Virus record (IMG/VR): IMGVR_UViG_3300045988_011788
DNA: 43,337 nt
Source: a virus
Direction: 5' to 3' (one strand)
Under the pieces are notes generated by a model. The model worked only from the letters and a program-made list of their open reading frames with translations. It was not told the origin of the DNA and did not search any database. Below, in pieces: positions 16,418 to 24,388 of this stretch (positions within the stretch are counted from its first letter, which is position 1; every line of letters begins with the position of its first letter). The position numbers and the translations under genes are program-made.

Positions 16418-17106
16418 TTCAATTCCTCCTCGCTTTGGTGTTGGTGCAGATAGAGCACGTGGCTCTTGCCGATGGCGGCGTTTTGGGCGATCCATGCGTG
16501 CGCCTGCTCGCGGGATAGATGGCTCTCCATTGCGCGGCTCTCATAGCTGAATTCTCCCGCTTCCAGCTTGCGCTTCATGCGCTCCTGTATCTCCTCTTCG
16601 CCGTAGTTGGCTTCGATCAGATAAAGGTCATAGGCCAACGCAGATACCCCATTCAGCGACGCGCAGTCCGTCGCATAGAAGACGTTGTCGAACCCGTCCG
16701 ATTTCTCGCCGTCTGCAAACTGAATATGCCACGCACAGTTTGGAACATCATGCGGAATTGAGTTGTACCATACATAAGCGGAAGTGCTTTCGGATAAAAG
16801 GTAGAACAGATCGTGACGCTGCATAGCCTCATCGGTCACGCGGCGGTCCACGCCGATGCGTTCCATCGGTTCCATAAGCCACGGAGGGACGCACCAGCGC
16901 AGCGCAGGGCGCAGGAAGTGCAGGCGCTTGATGGTCTCGGGATTGAAGTGGTCTCCGTGAATGTGCGTCAGCAGGACGAGCTTCAATCCCTTGCAGTACG
17001 GTTCGAGTTCCCGAAAGGGAATGCCGCAGTCAATGAGGATTTCATCATTCAGCAGTACGGCGTTCCCCTTGGAGCCGGTCGAAATGACCTTGACCTTACA
17101 GATCAT
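16414..17106 (-). CDS. Metallo-beta-lactamase fold hydrolase
   Basis: HxHxDH motif (LLTHIHGDHF). Sits next to RecT, where an exonuclease partner is expected. Confidence 0.78.
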   Translation of the reverse strand: MICKVKVISTGSKGNAVLLNDEILIDCGIPFRELEPYCKGLKLVLLTHIHGDHFNPETIKRLHFLRPALRWCVPPWLMEPMERIGVDRRVTDEAMQRHDLFYLLSESTSAYVWYNSIPHDVPNCAWHIQFADGEKSDGFDNVFYATDCASLNGVSALAYDLYLIEANYGEEEIQERMKRKLEAGEFSYESRAMESHLSREQAHAWIAQNAAIGKSHVLYLHQHQSEEELK

Positions 17107-18004
17107 TCATACTCACCTGCTTGGGGGTGACGGTCTTTCCGTCGTCCAGCGTACCGATGGCATCAGCGGGAAATGTCAGATCGTCCTTGGCCTCGCCTGT
17201 GGTCTCGTCCACTTCGACGGTCGGGAGATCAAAATACTGCTCACGGCTCGCGCGTCCCTCTTTCAGTGAGGTATACACATTACGCAGGCGCACGATGCTC
17301 TGCGCCGTGAACGCTTCGGACTTGCAGCCGATGTACTTTTCAAGGCACTCCATCGGTACGCCGAAGTCGTCCTTGAACGCCTGCCCCATCTTGCGCACGC
17401 GGTCAATCATGGGTTCATCGCTCTTTCCCATCATTGTCTTGGTACACGCCGCAAGAGCAGCATCCACCACGTCACCGGGGATAATGCCGAGAATGCACGC
17501 GCGCATACGGCGCGCGCCCTGATTGGCGATCATTTCATAAATGTCGCGCGGGTCGGTGAGGGCAACGCTACCTTTCTTGGTGTAGCGGATATGCGGCACG
17601 GTGAAGATCTTCGTCTGGCGGGTGTTGGTCTCCAAATCCCAGCAGTAGGCCATGACGGTACTCTCGCCGTTCTTCTGCTCCAGCTCGGCAATTCCGAAGT
17701 CGAGGTTGCCCCAGTTCTGCGCCATGACCTCGGCGAGACGGATCGATGGGCCGGTCACATTTTCGCCGCCGCGCGGGTATTCATAGATCGCGCGCTCGGC
17801 AAAGCTCTTGCGCTTGCAGGCGTTGAGAATGCGGTTGTTCGCTTCGATCTCGTCACGAGGGAAACGCTTGGCGACGACCATTGCCGCCTGCACTTCCTGT
17901 GCCTGACGGGAGATCATCATTTCGGTGTTCACGCTCTTGGCGCTCACAACTTCGGTGCTGTTGTAGGTCTGCATTTCGTTCATCGTAATGTCCTCCTCAA
18001 ACAA
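17096..18004 (-). CDS. recT: RecT-family single-strand annealing recombinase
   Basis: 302 aa with a RecT-like core (GPSIRLAEVMAQNWGNL...YCWDLETN...). Confidence 0.82.
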   Translation of the reverse strand: MFEEDITMNEMQTYNSTEVVSAKSVNTEMMISRQAQEVQAAMVVAKRFPRDEIEANNRILNACKRKSFAERAIYEYPRGGENVTGPSIRLAEVMAQNWGNLDFGIAELEQKNGESTVMAYCWDLETNTRQTKIFTVPHIRYTKKGSVALTDPRDIYEMIANQGARRMRACILGIIPGDVVDAALAACTKTMMGKSDEPMIDRVRKMGQAFKDDFGVPMECLEKYIGCKSEAFTAQSIVRLRNVYTSLKEGRASREQYFDLPTVEVDETTGEAKDDLTFPADAIGTLDDGKTVTPKQVSMNDL

Positions 18005-18847
18005 TCATTCGTACTGATAGCCATTGCTGACAAGGAATTGCTTCAAAAGGCGTAGGCGCTCGCGCGTATCGGTCACGCGGAACGACACCGTGAGGCGTTC
18101 GACCGCCGCCTGCTCCACGCGCTTCGGGACGACCTGCGGGGCCGCTGCGCCGGGATCCTCGCGGACGGGTGCTCCGGCAGCACGGGCCTCCTCCATTTCC
18201 GTGCGGCGTTTCACGGCCTCGCGCTCCTCCTCGGCGAGGCGGTGACGCTCGTTGACAACGGAGATCGCAAGCGAGAGGTCGAGGTTCTTTTTGTACTCCA
18301 CCATGATCTCCGGCGCGTTCTCGCCCATCGTGCCGATGGTTTTCATATCCTGCGCCACGCCGTCCACCTTTAGCTTGATCTGCTCCATGAGCTTCTTCGG
18401 CGTCTTGGCTCTGGCGCTCGCCATATCGACCTTAACGCCGGTCTGCCCGAACGAAAGGAAGTCGACCTCGTTGACCGCGCACAGCTCCTGAAAATAGCCC
18501 AGCAGCATTTCCTCGCAGCGGCTCTTGATCTCGCTTTCCGTTGCGTCGATCTTGGCTTTCAGGTCTGCGTCGGCGCGCTTGTACGGGTCGGCGATGCACT
18601 CACGGTAGACGGATTCGAAGCTGTCGTACTTCTCCATGATTGCGGCTTTAATGGCCTTGCGCTGGGTCTCGGCATCGGCAAACTCGCGGTTCATTTCGGC
18701 GCGAATGTTCTTCACGCTGGTTAAGGTCTCGTCGGTGCAGACAAGGCTCATTGCCTCTGCGACGCGCTGCTCCGTCTGCTCCTTCCGGCTCCTCAAATGC
18801 TCCTCGATCACGGGGAGTTGAGTCACTTTCATCAGGGAGTTATCCAT
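18005..18847 (-). CDS. DUF1351-like protein (commonly precedes RecT/Erf in Firmicutes phages)
   Basis: Start refined to MDNSLMKVTQLPVIEE. Long helical, charged protein immediately upstream of recT. Confidence 0.5.
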   Translation of the reverse strand: MDNSLMKVTQLPVIEEHLRSRKEQTEQRVAEAMSLVCTDETLTSVKNIRAEMNREFADAETQRKAIKAAIMEKYDSFESVYRECIADPYKRADADLKAKIDATESEIKSRCEEMLLGYFQELCAVNEVDFLSFGQTGVKVDMASARAKTPKKLMEQIKLKVDGVAQDMKTIGTMGENAPEIMVEYKKNLDLSLAISVVNERHRLAEEEREAVKRRTEMEEARAAGAPVREDPGAAAPQVVPKRVEQAAVERLTVSFRVTDTRERLRLLKQFLVSNGYQYE

Positions 18848-19013
18848 CTTCGGTCTCCTCCAATTCTTCAAAATACATTTCCTCTGCGCCGCAGTCCGGG
18901 CAGAACTTTTCCGTCACGAGGGCATAGCCGCGCTCGCCGTCAAGATTTTCGCGCCGACGCATAACGTCCGGCTCGTCAAAAATGAGGTGGCAGCACGTGC
19001 AGCGGTAGATCAT
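18840..19013 (-). CDS. Zinc-ribbon small protein (57 aa)
   Basis: Hand-translated: MIYRCTCCHLIFDEPDV...KFCPDCGAEEMYFEELEETEDG. GGAGGA SD. Both ends overlap neighbours (ATGA, ATGGATAA). Confidence 0.5.
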   Translation of the reverse strand: MIYRCTCCHLIFDEPDVMRRRENLDGERGYALVTEKFCPDCGAEEMYFEELEETEDG

Positions 19014-19540
19014 TCCTCCACCTCCATGTAAACCATCGCGCTCTGCACGCCAAAGACGCGCGCTGCCTGATGGTCGTTGAAAAACACGTCGATGTGGTTC
19101 CCGTTCACGCCGCCGCCGCAGTCCTCAGCGATGTAGCTGCGCTGAGTGCCGTTCGGCCAGATCAGCAGGACGCGCGTGCCGTAAGGGATCACCTCCGGGT
19201 CGACCGCGATTGTGCGTCCCTCGGCCGCCAGCGTGCCGGTCGCGGTGTAGCCGCTTGCCCACTTGCCGCAGCAGCAACGTCCGGGGCAATAGGCCGTGAG
19301 TGTAAACTCGCCAAGAAAAACGTCGTTGCACACCGCGCTTTCAGTCGCGGGAATGTCCCACGCGGGGTCATACTCCTCTACGATGGGTGCTCCTTCCGGT
19401 TCCTCATCGACCGCCTGCGCGCTGGTGGCGAGGATTGAGATCACGATCAAGAGAATCGTCGCGCCCAAACACGCCGCCGCAATCAGCGCCGATTCGTCCG
19501 CCTTGCGCTGCTCTCTCGTGCGCTTGTCGTGCCGTCTCAC
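19010..19540 (-). CDS. Membrane-anchored 3D-domain protein (RlpA/MltA-like double-psi beta-barrel)
   Basis: N-terminal TM (LIAAACLGATILLIVISILA) plus FTLTAYCPG..CCGKWASGYTATG...IAVDPEVIPYGT...AEDCGGGVNGNHIDVF, which carries the three conserved Asp. Confidence 0.78.
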   Translation of the reverse strand: MRRHDKRTREQRKADESALIAAACLGATILLIVISILATSAQAVDEEPEGAPIVEEYDPAWDIPATESAVCNDVFLGEFTLTAYCPGRCCCGKWASGYTATGTLAAEGRTIAVDPEVIPYGTRVLLIWPNGTQRSYIAEDCGGGVNGNHIDVFFNDHQAARVFGVQSAMVYMEVEE

Positions 19541-20355
19541 CGTGTCACCTCTTCCACCGTGATTTGTGCGGGCTTTTCAAACAGTGGAGCAAGCATTTCT
19601 TCTTGCGCCGCCTTGTAAAAATTCCTGTCGATTTCAAAACCGTAAGCATTTCGCCCAAGTTCATACGCCGCGCGAAGGGTGGCCGCGCTTCCCGCGCATG
19701 GGTCAATTACAACGTCGCCGGGGTCGGTAAAAACTTCAATCAGCCTTTTCAGCACATTCACCGGCTTCTGCGTGGGGTGGATCTTGGGAATGTCCTTCCC
19801 GTCGCGCTCCCACTTCTGCCAATCAAAAACCATCTTTCCCGTGCCGCGAATCGGTTTCCCATCTTCGCCGATCTCGCGCCCGTTGTTAAATTTTGGAAGC
19901 TTGTCACGGTAAAGCACTACCGCAAACTCCGTCGCCCCTACTACTCGCATATTGGCTTTAAGCACCTGCGCGGAATAGTTTTTGCAAAAAAACATCGGGT
20001 AGCTGTTTTTGAATCCGTACTGCTTGCCATACTCCATAACGGTCTGCATCTGGTCAAACGCGCAGAAAACAAGCATTGCCGGGGCTTGCCCTTTCTCCTT
20101 CGGTTCTTTCTTCAAAAGCCGGTTACAGAAGTGCATATACTCGGCGATTTTGAAATAGCCGTCGGAGTTGAAAAAGCTGCTCTTTGCTTTTTTACTCTCG
20201 CCGTTTTTGTTGTCACCGCCGATGTACCACGTCGGGTTGCTCCCGTAAGCGTCAGCGCCGATATTGTAGGGAATGTCCGCGATCACAAGCTGCGCCTTTG
20301 GGATTCCGTATTTCTTAAAATTCTGGAAGTTGTCATGGTACAGCTCGCATTTCAT
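19537..20355 (-). CDS. DNA N6-adenine/N4-cytosine methyltransferase (beta class)
   Basis: N-terminal catalytic motif IADIPY (DPPY-type) and C-terminal AdoMet motif VIDPCAGSAAT. Confidence 0.87.
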   Translation of the reverse strand: MKCELYHDNFQNFKKYGIPKAQLVIADIPYNIGADAYGSNPTWYIGGDNKNGESKKAKSSFFNSDGYFKIAEYMHFCNRLLKKEPKEKGQAPAMLVFCAFDQMQTVMEYGKQYGFKNSYPMFFCKNYSAQVLKANMRVVGATEFAVVLYRDKLPKFNNGREIGEDGKPIRGTGKMVFDWQKWERDGKDIPKIHPTQKPVNVLKRLIEVFTDPGDVVIDPCAGSAATLRAAYELGRNAYGFEIDRNFYKAAQEEMLAPLFEKPAQITVEEVTR

Positions 20356-20507
20356 CGTCTGCGCCCCCTGTCGATATACGGGAGCAGATCATACAGCACC
20401 TTGCACACCGCGCACGCGCCGATGACGGCGAGCCCCGTCGTGAAGTCGCAGCCGTTGAGCGCGATCACCGCAGCGGCGATGCTACCGAAAAACAACGTGT
20501 CGATCAT
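20352..20507 (-). CDS. Small hydrophobic protein (51 aa)
   Basis: Start refined to MIDTLFFGSIAAAVIALNG... behind GGAGG, with an ATGA overlap to the upstream stop. Confidence 0.45.
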   Translation of the reverse strand: MIDTLFFGSIAAAVIALNGCDFTTGLAVIGACAVCKVLYDLLPYIDRGRRR

Positions 20508-20707
20508 GCCTCCACCTCGCGTTCCGCGATCCACTCGTTCACGAGGCGAGTATAGATTTGGAATATTCTGCGCTTGCCGCCGCAGATGCACACGCCGAAG
20601 GGGTAAACCCTCTGTTCAAGTCCGGCTGCCAGCGATTCGTTCGAAATGCTCAGCCCGTGCGCACGTAAGTATGCCGCACACTCGTTCAGATCCATTGTTT
20701 TAATCAT
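20504..20707 (-). CDS. Excisionase/MerR-like small HTH protein
   Basis: 67 aa. MDLNECAAYLRAHGLSIS...RRIFQIYTRLVNEWI resembles Xis-type HTH proteins. Confidence 0.5.
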   Translation of the reverse strand: MIKTMDLNECAAYLRAHGLSISNESLAAGLEQRVYPFGVCICGGKRRIFQIYTRLVNEWIAEREVEA

Positions 20708-20774
20708 TGCCTTTTCCTTTCTTCCGTGCTACAATAAGCACGGACACAATATCTTGTGGTGAGATTTGTCCGGT

Positions 20775-20815
20775 TGCCCCGCTCGATGCTGAAACATTGG
20801 GCGGGGCATTTTTAT
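20775..20815 (+). terminator. GC-rich hairpin with a T-tract on the plus strand
   Basis: TGCCCCGC-18 nt-GCGGGGCA followed by TTTTTAT. The orientation fits plus-strand termination, although no plus-strand gene lies upstream. Confidence 0.4.
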
Positions 20816-20819
20816 GCTT

Positions 20820-21170
20820 TGCGTTGCGAATCAGTACCATGCCATAGCGTAGCGTCAAAACTCCACGCAATTCCGCTGCATCACTTCGCTGAACTATTCC
20901 GCTGCGTTGCCTTGCATTGCCTTGCTTTGCCGTCGATAGTCTCTGCTTTTCGCTGCCATGCCGTCGCCATGCCCTGCCACGTCCGGCTGAGCGCTTCCAT
21001 TGCTGCTCACGGCGAATCTAAGCGATTCCATTGCTGTTCGGTTCTGCGCCTCACGTATCCTTTGCTGTGCCGGTCTCGTCATTGCTATGCAACGCTCTTC
21101 CATTGCAACACGTTACCAAGCCAAGCCTTACCATCGCAATGCCGTGCAAGGCTCGTCCATGCCACTCCAT
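20820..21170. repeat. Iteron-like field of short direct repeats in a 467-nt gene-free, strand-skewed region
   Basis: TTCCATTGC x3 (20995, 21026, 21098). ATTCCGCTGC x2 (20870, 20896). TTGCCTTGC x2 (20907, 20917). GCCATGCC x2 (20955, 20966). The plus strand is strongly pyrimidine-rich. Confidence 0.6.
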
Positions 21171-21174
21171 CGCG

Positions 21175-21768
21175 TTACTCGATTTCCTCCCAGCGGAATC
21201 TGCCTTTCCCACTGTTTCGCCACTGTCCAATGCCGGAAAAGCGGCCATAGTCCAGCCAGTCGCGCACAACGTCGATGTGGTCATCGCACAGACAGACCAC
21301 CGTAAACTCACACGTTGCCCCGGCGGGAATTTCCTCGCTCATTGCAAGGCTGACGCGCTCGCCCTGCGCCGTCTGCGCTCTCAGCGGGCGCTGGCACTCC
21401 TTGATCTCGCCGTCAAAGAGAATTGGAATGGTGCGCGGCTCTGGGAAAATCAGCTTGTCGATTTCCTTTTTGTAAGCCTTGATTTTGCTGCTGGACGAAC
21501 CCTTGACCTTGCGGAGGCCGCCGCAGGTGTCCTTGAAAAAGCCCTTGATCTGATAGTCGTACAAAAACGGCGTGCCGTCGTCCAGTCGCGGGAAAATGGT
21601 CATGGACTTCTCGGCAACCGCATCCGCTCCCAGTGCGGCGACCTCGTCCTCCACGCTCGCCGCATCCGGCGCGTGACTGCCGATAAACTCGCGGTAGATA
21701 TCAGGGTTCGCGGGGCTGGTGCCGAGAATCGGCTCAATAAACGTGAGCTTAACTTTGAGTTCCTTCAT
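21175..21768 (-). CDS. Hypothetical early protein with a C-terminal GxGxxxxxGxG loop
   Basis: 197 aa, the first gene after the Cro-like gene. Contains GIGQWRNSGKG near the C-terminus and YQIKGFFKD mid-protein. Confidence 0.6.
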   Translation of the reverse strand: MKELKVKLTFIEPILGTSPANPDIYREFIGSHAPDAASVEDEVAALGADAVAEKSMTIFPRLDDGTPFLYDYQIKGFFKDTCGGLRKVKGSSSSKIKAYKKEIDKLIFPEPRTIPILFDGEIKECQRPLRAQTAQGERVSLAMSEEIPAGATCEFTVVCLCDDHIDVVRDWLDYGRFSGIGQWRNSGKGRFRWEEIE

Positions 21769-21791
21769 CTTTCATTTCCTCCTGTTGTGTG

Positions 21792-21986
21792 TCAGTTCTC
21801 TTCGCTGGGATTTAACAGCTCGTCCACCGTGCATCCGTATAATGCAGCAATCTCCGGAAGTCGACTTGCTCGTGGGGCCTGCTGACCGGTCTCCCAGTAA
21901 TACACGGCCACGTCGGAGATTTTCAGCGCGTCCGCTACCTGCTGGACGCTGAATCCAGCTTTATGACGAGCGCTTCGAAAACTCAT
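21792..21986 (-). CDS. Cro-like XRE HTH regulator
   Basis: 64 aa with an HTH (FSVQQVADALKISDVAVYYWETGQ). Divergent from the CI-like gene. Confidence 0.85.
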   Translation of the reverse strand: MSFRSARHKAGFSVQQVADALKISDVAVYYWETGQQAPRASRLPEIAALYGCTVDELLNPSEEN

Positions 21987-22014
21987 CTTTTCACCTCCAA
22001 ATACTAAGTTTTAC

Positions 22015-22042
22015 TTGACAACTTAGCGAACCGTGATATTAT
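22015..22042 (+). promoter_or_regulatory. Candidate sigma-70-type promoter reading toward the CI-like gene
   Basis: TTGACA-16 nt-TATTAT. Confidence 0.5.
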
Positions 22043-22121
22043 AAGAAGTGCCAACAAACTAATAATTTCGACAGTCCGCTAAGTATCAAGGGGGCTTACT
22101 TTTTTATTGCCCTATGCTTAC

Positions 22122-22150
22122 ATTATACTAAGCTCAGCTTAATATGTCAA
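22122..22150 (-). promoter_or_regulatory. Consensus sigma-70-type promoter reading toward the Cro-like/early operon
   Basis: On the minus strand, TTGACA-17 nt-TATAAT (perfect consensus). Confidence 0.7.
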
Positions 22151-22207
22151 GTTGAACTTTGTATTTTGTGTGACTTCGGCGGTTTGTACAAAGGGAGGCT
22201 TAATATT

Positions 22208-22573
22208 TTGGACGGTCCTACGCTTGTTGATATCGTCGAACGCGAGCTCGTTGCTCGACATATAAAAAAGGCGGAATTTTATGCCGCAACAAAAATATCA
22301 AGTGCAACATTTTCACAGTGGAGAAATAACATCTATTTCCCCTCTGCTGCTAATATCAAAACTATTGAAGAATATTTGGGGATTTCAATTTCTTATTCTG
22401 TAGCCGATAAAGCCGCAAAAAAAGAGCGCCCCACCGATGGTGAAGCGCTCATTTCTGAATTGCCCGAAGATATTCAAAAGCTTATTTGGATTTGCGAGTC
22501 AAATCCTGACCTTGCTGCTGCTCTACTATCTGTTGCGCAGCAGATCGAAAAAGGTCAAGTTGCTGGGGAGTAA
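22208..22573 (+). CDS. CI-like HTH repressor (no S24 peptidase domain)
   Basis: TTG start 8 nt after AGGGAGG. HTH (KKAEFYAATKISSATFSQWRNNIYFPSAANIKTIEEYLGI). AT-richer than the genome backbone. Confidence 0.78.
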   Translation: MDGPTLVDIVERELVARHIKKAEFYAATKISSATFSQWRNNIYFPSAANIKTIEEYLGISISYSVADKAAKKERPTDGEALISELPEDIQKLIWICESNPDLAAALLSVAQQIEKGQVAGE

Positions 22574-22731
22574 ATCTCGAAATTGTAATAATCAATTCCT
22601 CTACCGTCGTCATCCTCTCTGCCCTCCGTTCGCTCTCATATAATAAAACAAGTGTTCTATCGCGGGTTAGTATAACACTAATTTTTAATTGATTCAATGT
22701 AATTTAAAATATAAAATTAGGTGAATTTGAT

Positions 22732-23742
22732 ATGCCCATTACCGTATATTTTGAACACGGCCGCGTTGTGGAGCTGTTTCCAGAACCAAATCAATCGTAT
22801 TACGACGTGCGCGATAAGATCAACGCGGCGACTGATATAGTGTCTGATGGAATAAAATACGATTTGACCGATAAGCAATCGATTTATTCTATCGCTATTC
22901 CTGACTATACAAAAGTACGCAATGTCCCCACTTCAAAAGAGTTAGGCCCAACAGGATATCTTGAATATGTGTTGAGAATGCACGCTGGTTTTCTATGGAA
23001 TACCGGAGATTACCAGCTATCAATGGCTTGCCTTGAAAAATCTTGCCAGTTGATGACATATTCCACACTTGGGTGGGAGCGAAAAGACTTTTATAGGGTT
23101 GTCAATTCTTATATTGAGCTTGGTCGATTTAAAAAAGCAAAAGAGTGGAAAGCCTGGATAGATGCCCACACGGAATCTCCGGAAGACTATGCAAAAGACG
23201 CATTTGCAAGAACGCTTGAATCGTGTAAAAGACTTAAAACTGATTTAGTAGAGGTTGGCGATTCAAGCGCGTGCTGTGGAATTTGCGCGAAGTACCGGAG
23301 ACGGATATATAGCTTATCTGGAAAAAGTTGGAAGTTCCCAAAGTTTCCAGATGATTTCCATTTTCAATGTGCTCTTGGGATATTTGCCTATATTGATGGT
23401 GTTTCCGAGCCGTCTTTCAAATCCATTAGTCCATCTCTGTATAGCAAACGACCGTTTCGCGATGATCGAACAGAAGAAGAAAAGGAAAATTATAGACTTT
23501 GGTTAGAACGTGTTGAAAAGTCTTACAATCCGATCAATGAGCCGAATCTAAATCATATTATTTATTATTGGTTCAAGCCTAAATTCCCCGACGACTTCCC
23601 AAAATCTCTTTCTGGTTTTTCTCGCATGCGAAACGGGAACACAGCAAATTATCAAAAGCTGGCACAGAAGATTGAGGATGCGGGGTATACCATACCTAAA
23701 TCATTAGATGAGGTCGCAGAACGTGAAGAGCGGGAGAATTGA
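22732..23742 (+). CDS. Orphan 336-aa protein in an AT-rich island of the immunity region
   Basis: Clean ORF with an SD (aggtga) and its own terminator. Contains CCGICAKYRRRIYSLSG...HFQC and a duplicated KFPDDF motif. No family recognised. Confidence 0.75.
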   Translation: MPITVYFEHGRVVELFPEPNQSYYDVRDKINAATDIVSDGIKYDLTDKQSIYSIAIPDYTKVRNVPTSKELGPTGYLEYVLRMHAGFLWNTGDYQLSMACLEKSCQLMTYSTLGWERKDFYRVVNSYIELGRFKKAKEWKAWIDAHTESPEDYAKDAFARTLESCKRLKTDLVEVGDSSACCGICAKYRRRIYSLSGKSWKFPKFPDDFHFQCALGIFAYIDGVSEPSFKSISPSLYSKRPFRDDRTEEEKENYRLWLERVEKSYNPINEPNLNHIIYYWFKPKFPDDFPKSLSGFSRMRNGNTANYQKLAQKIEDAGYTIPKSLDEVAEREEREN

Positions 23743-23770
23743 AAAGTTGCAAGGCGGTATAGCTTAGATT

Positions 23771-23810
23771 GGCCCCGCCGCCCTCTGCAACAAACGGCGG
23801 GGCCTTTTCG
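23771..23810 (+). terminator. Rho-independent terminator
   Basis: GGCCCCGCCG-14 nt-CGGCGGGGCC followed by TTTTCG. Confidence 0.8.
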
Positions 23811-23973
23811 CAGCCAGCGGGAAGCGGTCGCCGCTGCATGTTTTGACCATACTCCGCTTTACCTTACCACTTCAATACCAAGACCTTGCAACACGACGGC
23901 ATTCGACCGCGTTCGACAGACCCACTTTTGGCACCCAAAACGGGCAGAAACCGGAAAAGTTAAGGTGATGTAA

Positions 23974-24387
23974 ATGAACATTCAAGAGCTGTGTAGAATC
24001 CGTAAAGAAGAACTGAAACTGACTTACCACGACATTTCCGACGCTTCCGGCGTGCCGCTGTCCACCGTGCAGAACTTCTTTTCCAAAATGTCGAAAGCCC
24101 CGTCCATTTACACCGTCGCGCCGATCTGCAAGGTGCTCGGTATATCCCTTGACGAAATATTCGGGATTTCCGAACACTTGACACCAACCGAGGAAACCTT
24201 ACAGGCGCGCAACGATGAGCTGGAACGCCACGTGGACGCAAAAGCAGACACGATCGAGATCATGCGGCGCGGAGTTCGTATCCGAAACGGCGTGATTGCT
24301 ATAATGTTCCTCATTATCGTTTTTCTCGCTGTGTGGTGCGTGTACATTGATTTTCATTGTATAGATTACGGATTTTGGAGGGGCTGA
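23974..24387 (+). CDS. Membrane-anchored XRE-HTH protein (C-terminal TM helix)
   Basis: N-terminal HTH (LTYHDISDASGVPLSTVQNFFSK...), a coiled segment, then the TM helix VIAIMFLIIVFLAVWCVYI. Only 1 nt separates it from the integrase ATG. Confidence 0.8.
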   Translation: MNIQELCRIRKEELKLTYHDISDASGVPLSTVQNFFSKMSKAPSIYTVAPICKVLGISLDEIFGISEHLTPTEETLQARNDELERHVDAKADTIEIMRRGVRIRNGVIAIMFLIIVFLAVWCVYIDFHCIDYGFWRG

Positions 24388-24388
24388 C

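Noticed and set aside
20756-21250. 164-codon plus-strand ORF with a striking Cys/His periodicity (…LRC…PCH…FRC…LHC…)
   Set aside because: The plus strand here is pyrimidine-rich, so stop codons are rare by composition. There is no SD before the GTG, it overlaps the end of gene 21175-21768 on the other strand, and the periodicity mirrors the DNA repeats (TTGC/CATGCC). It is treated as a by-product of the repeat field.
22482-22697. 71-aa minus-strand ORF antisense to the 3' end of the CI-like gene
   Set aside because: About 90 nt overlap the CI-like coding region in antisense, AGG abuts the internal ATG with no spacer, and no motif is recognisable. It could be an antisense transcript region, but a protein is not supported.
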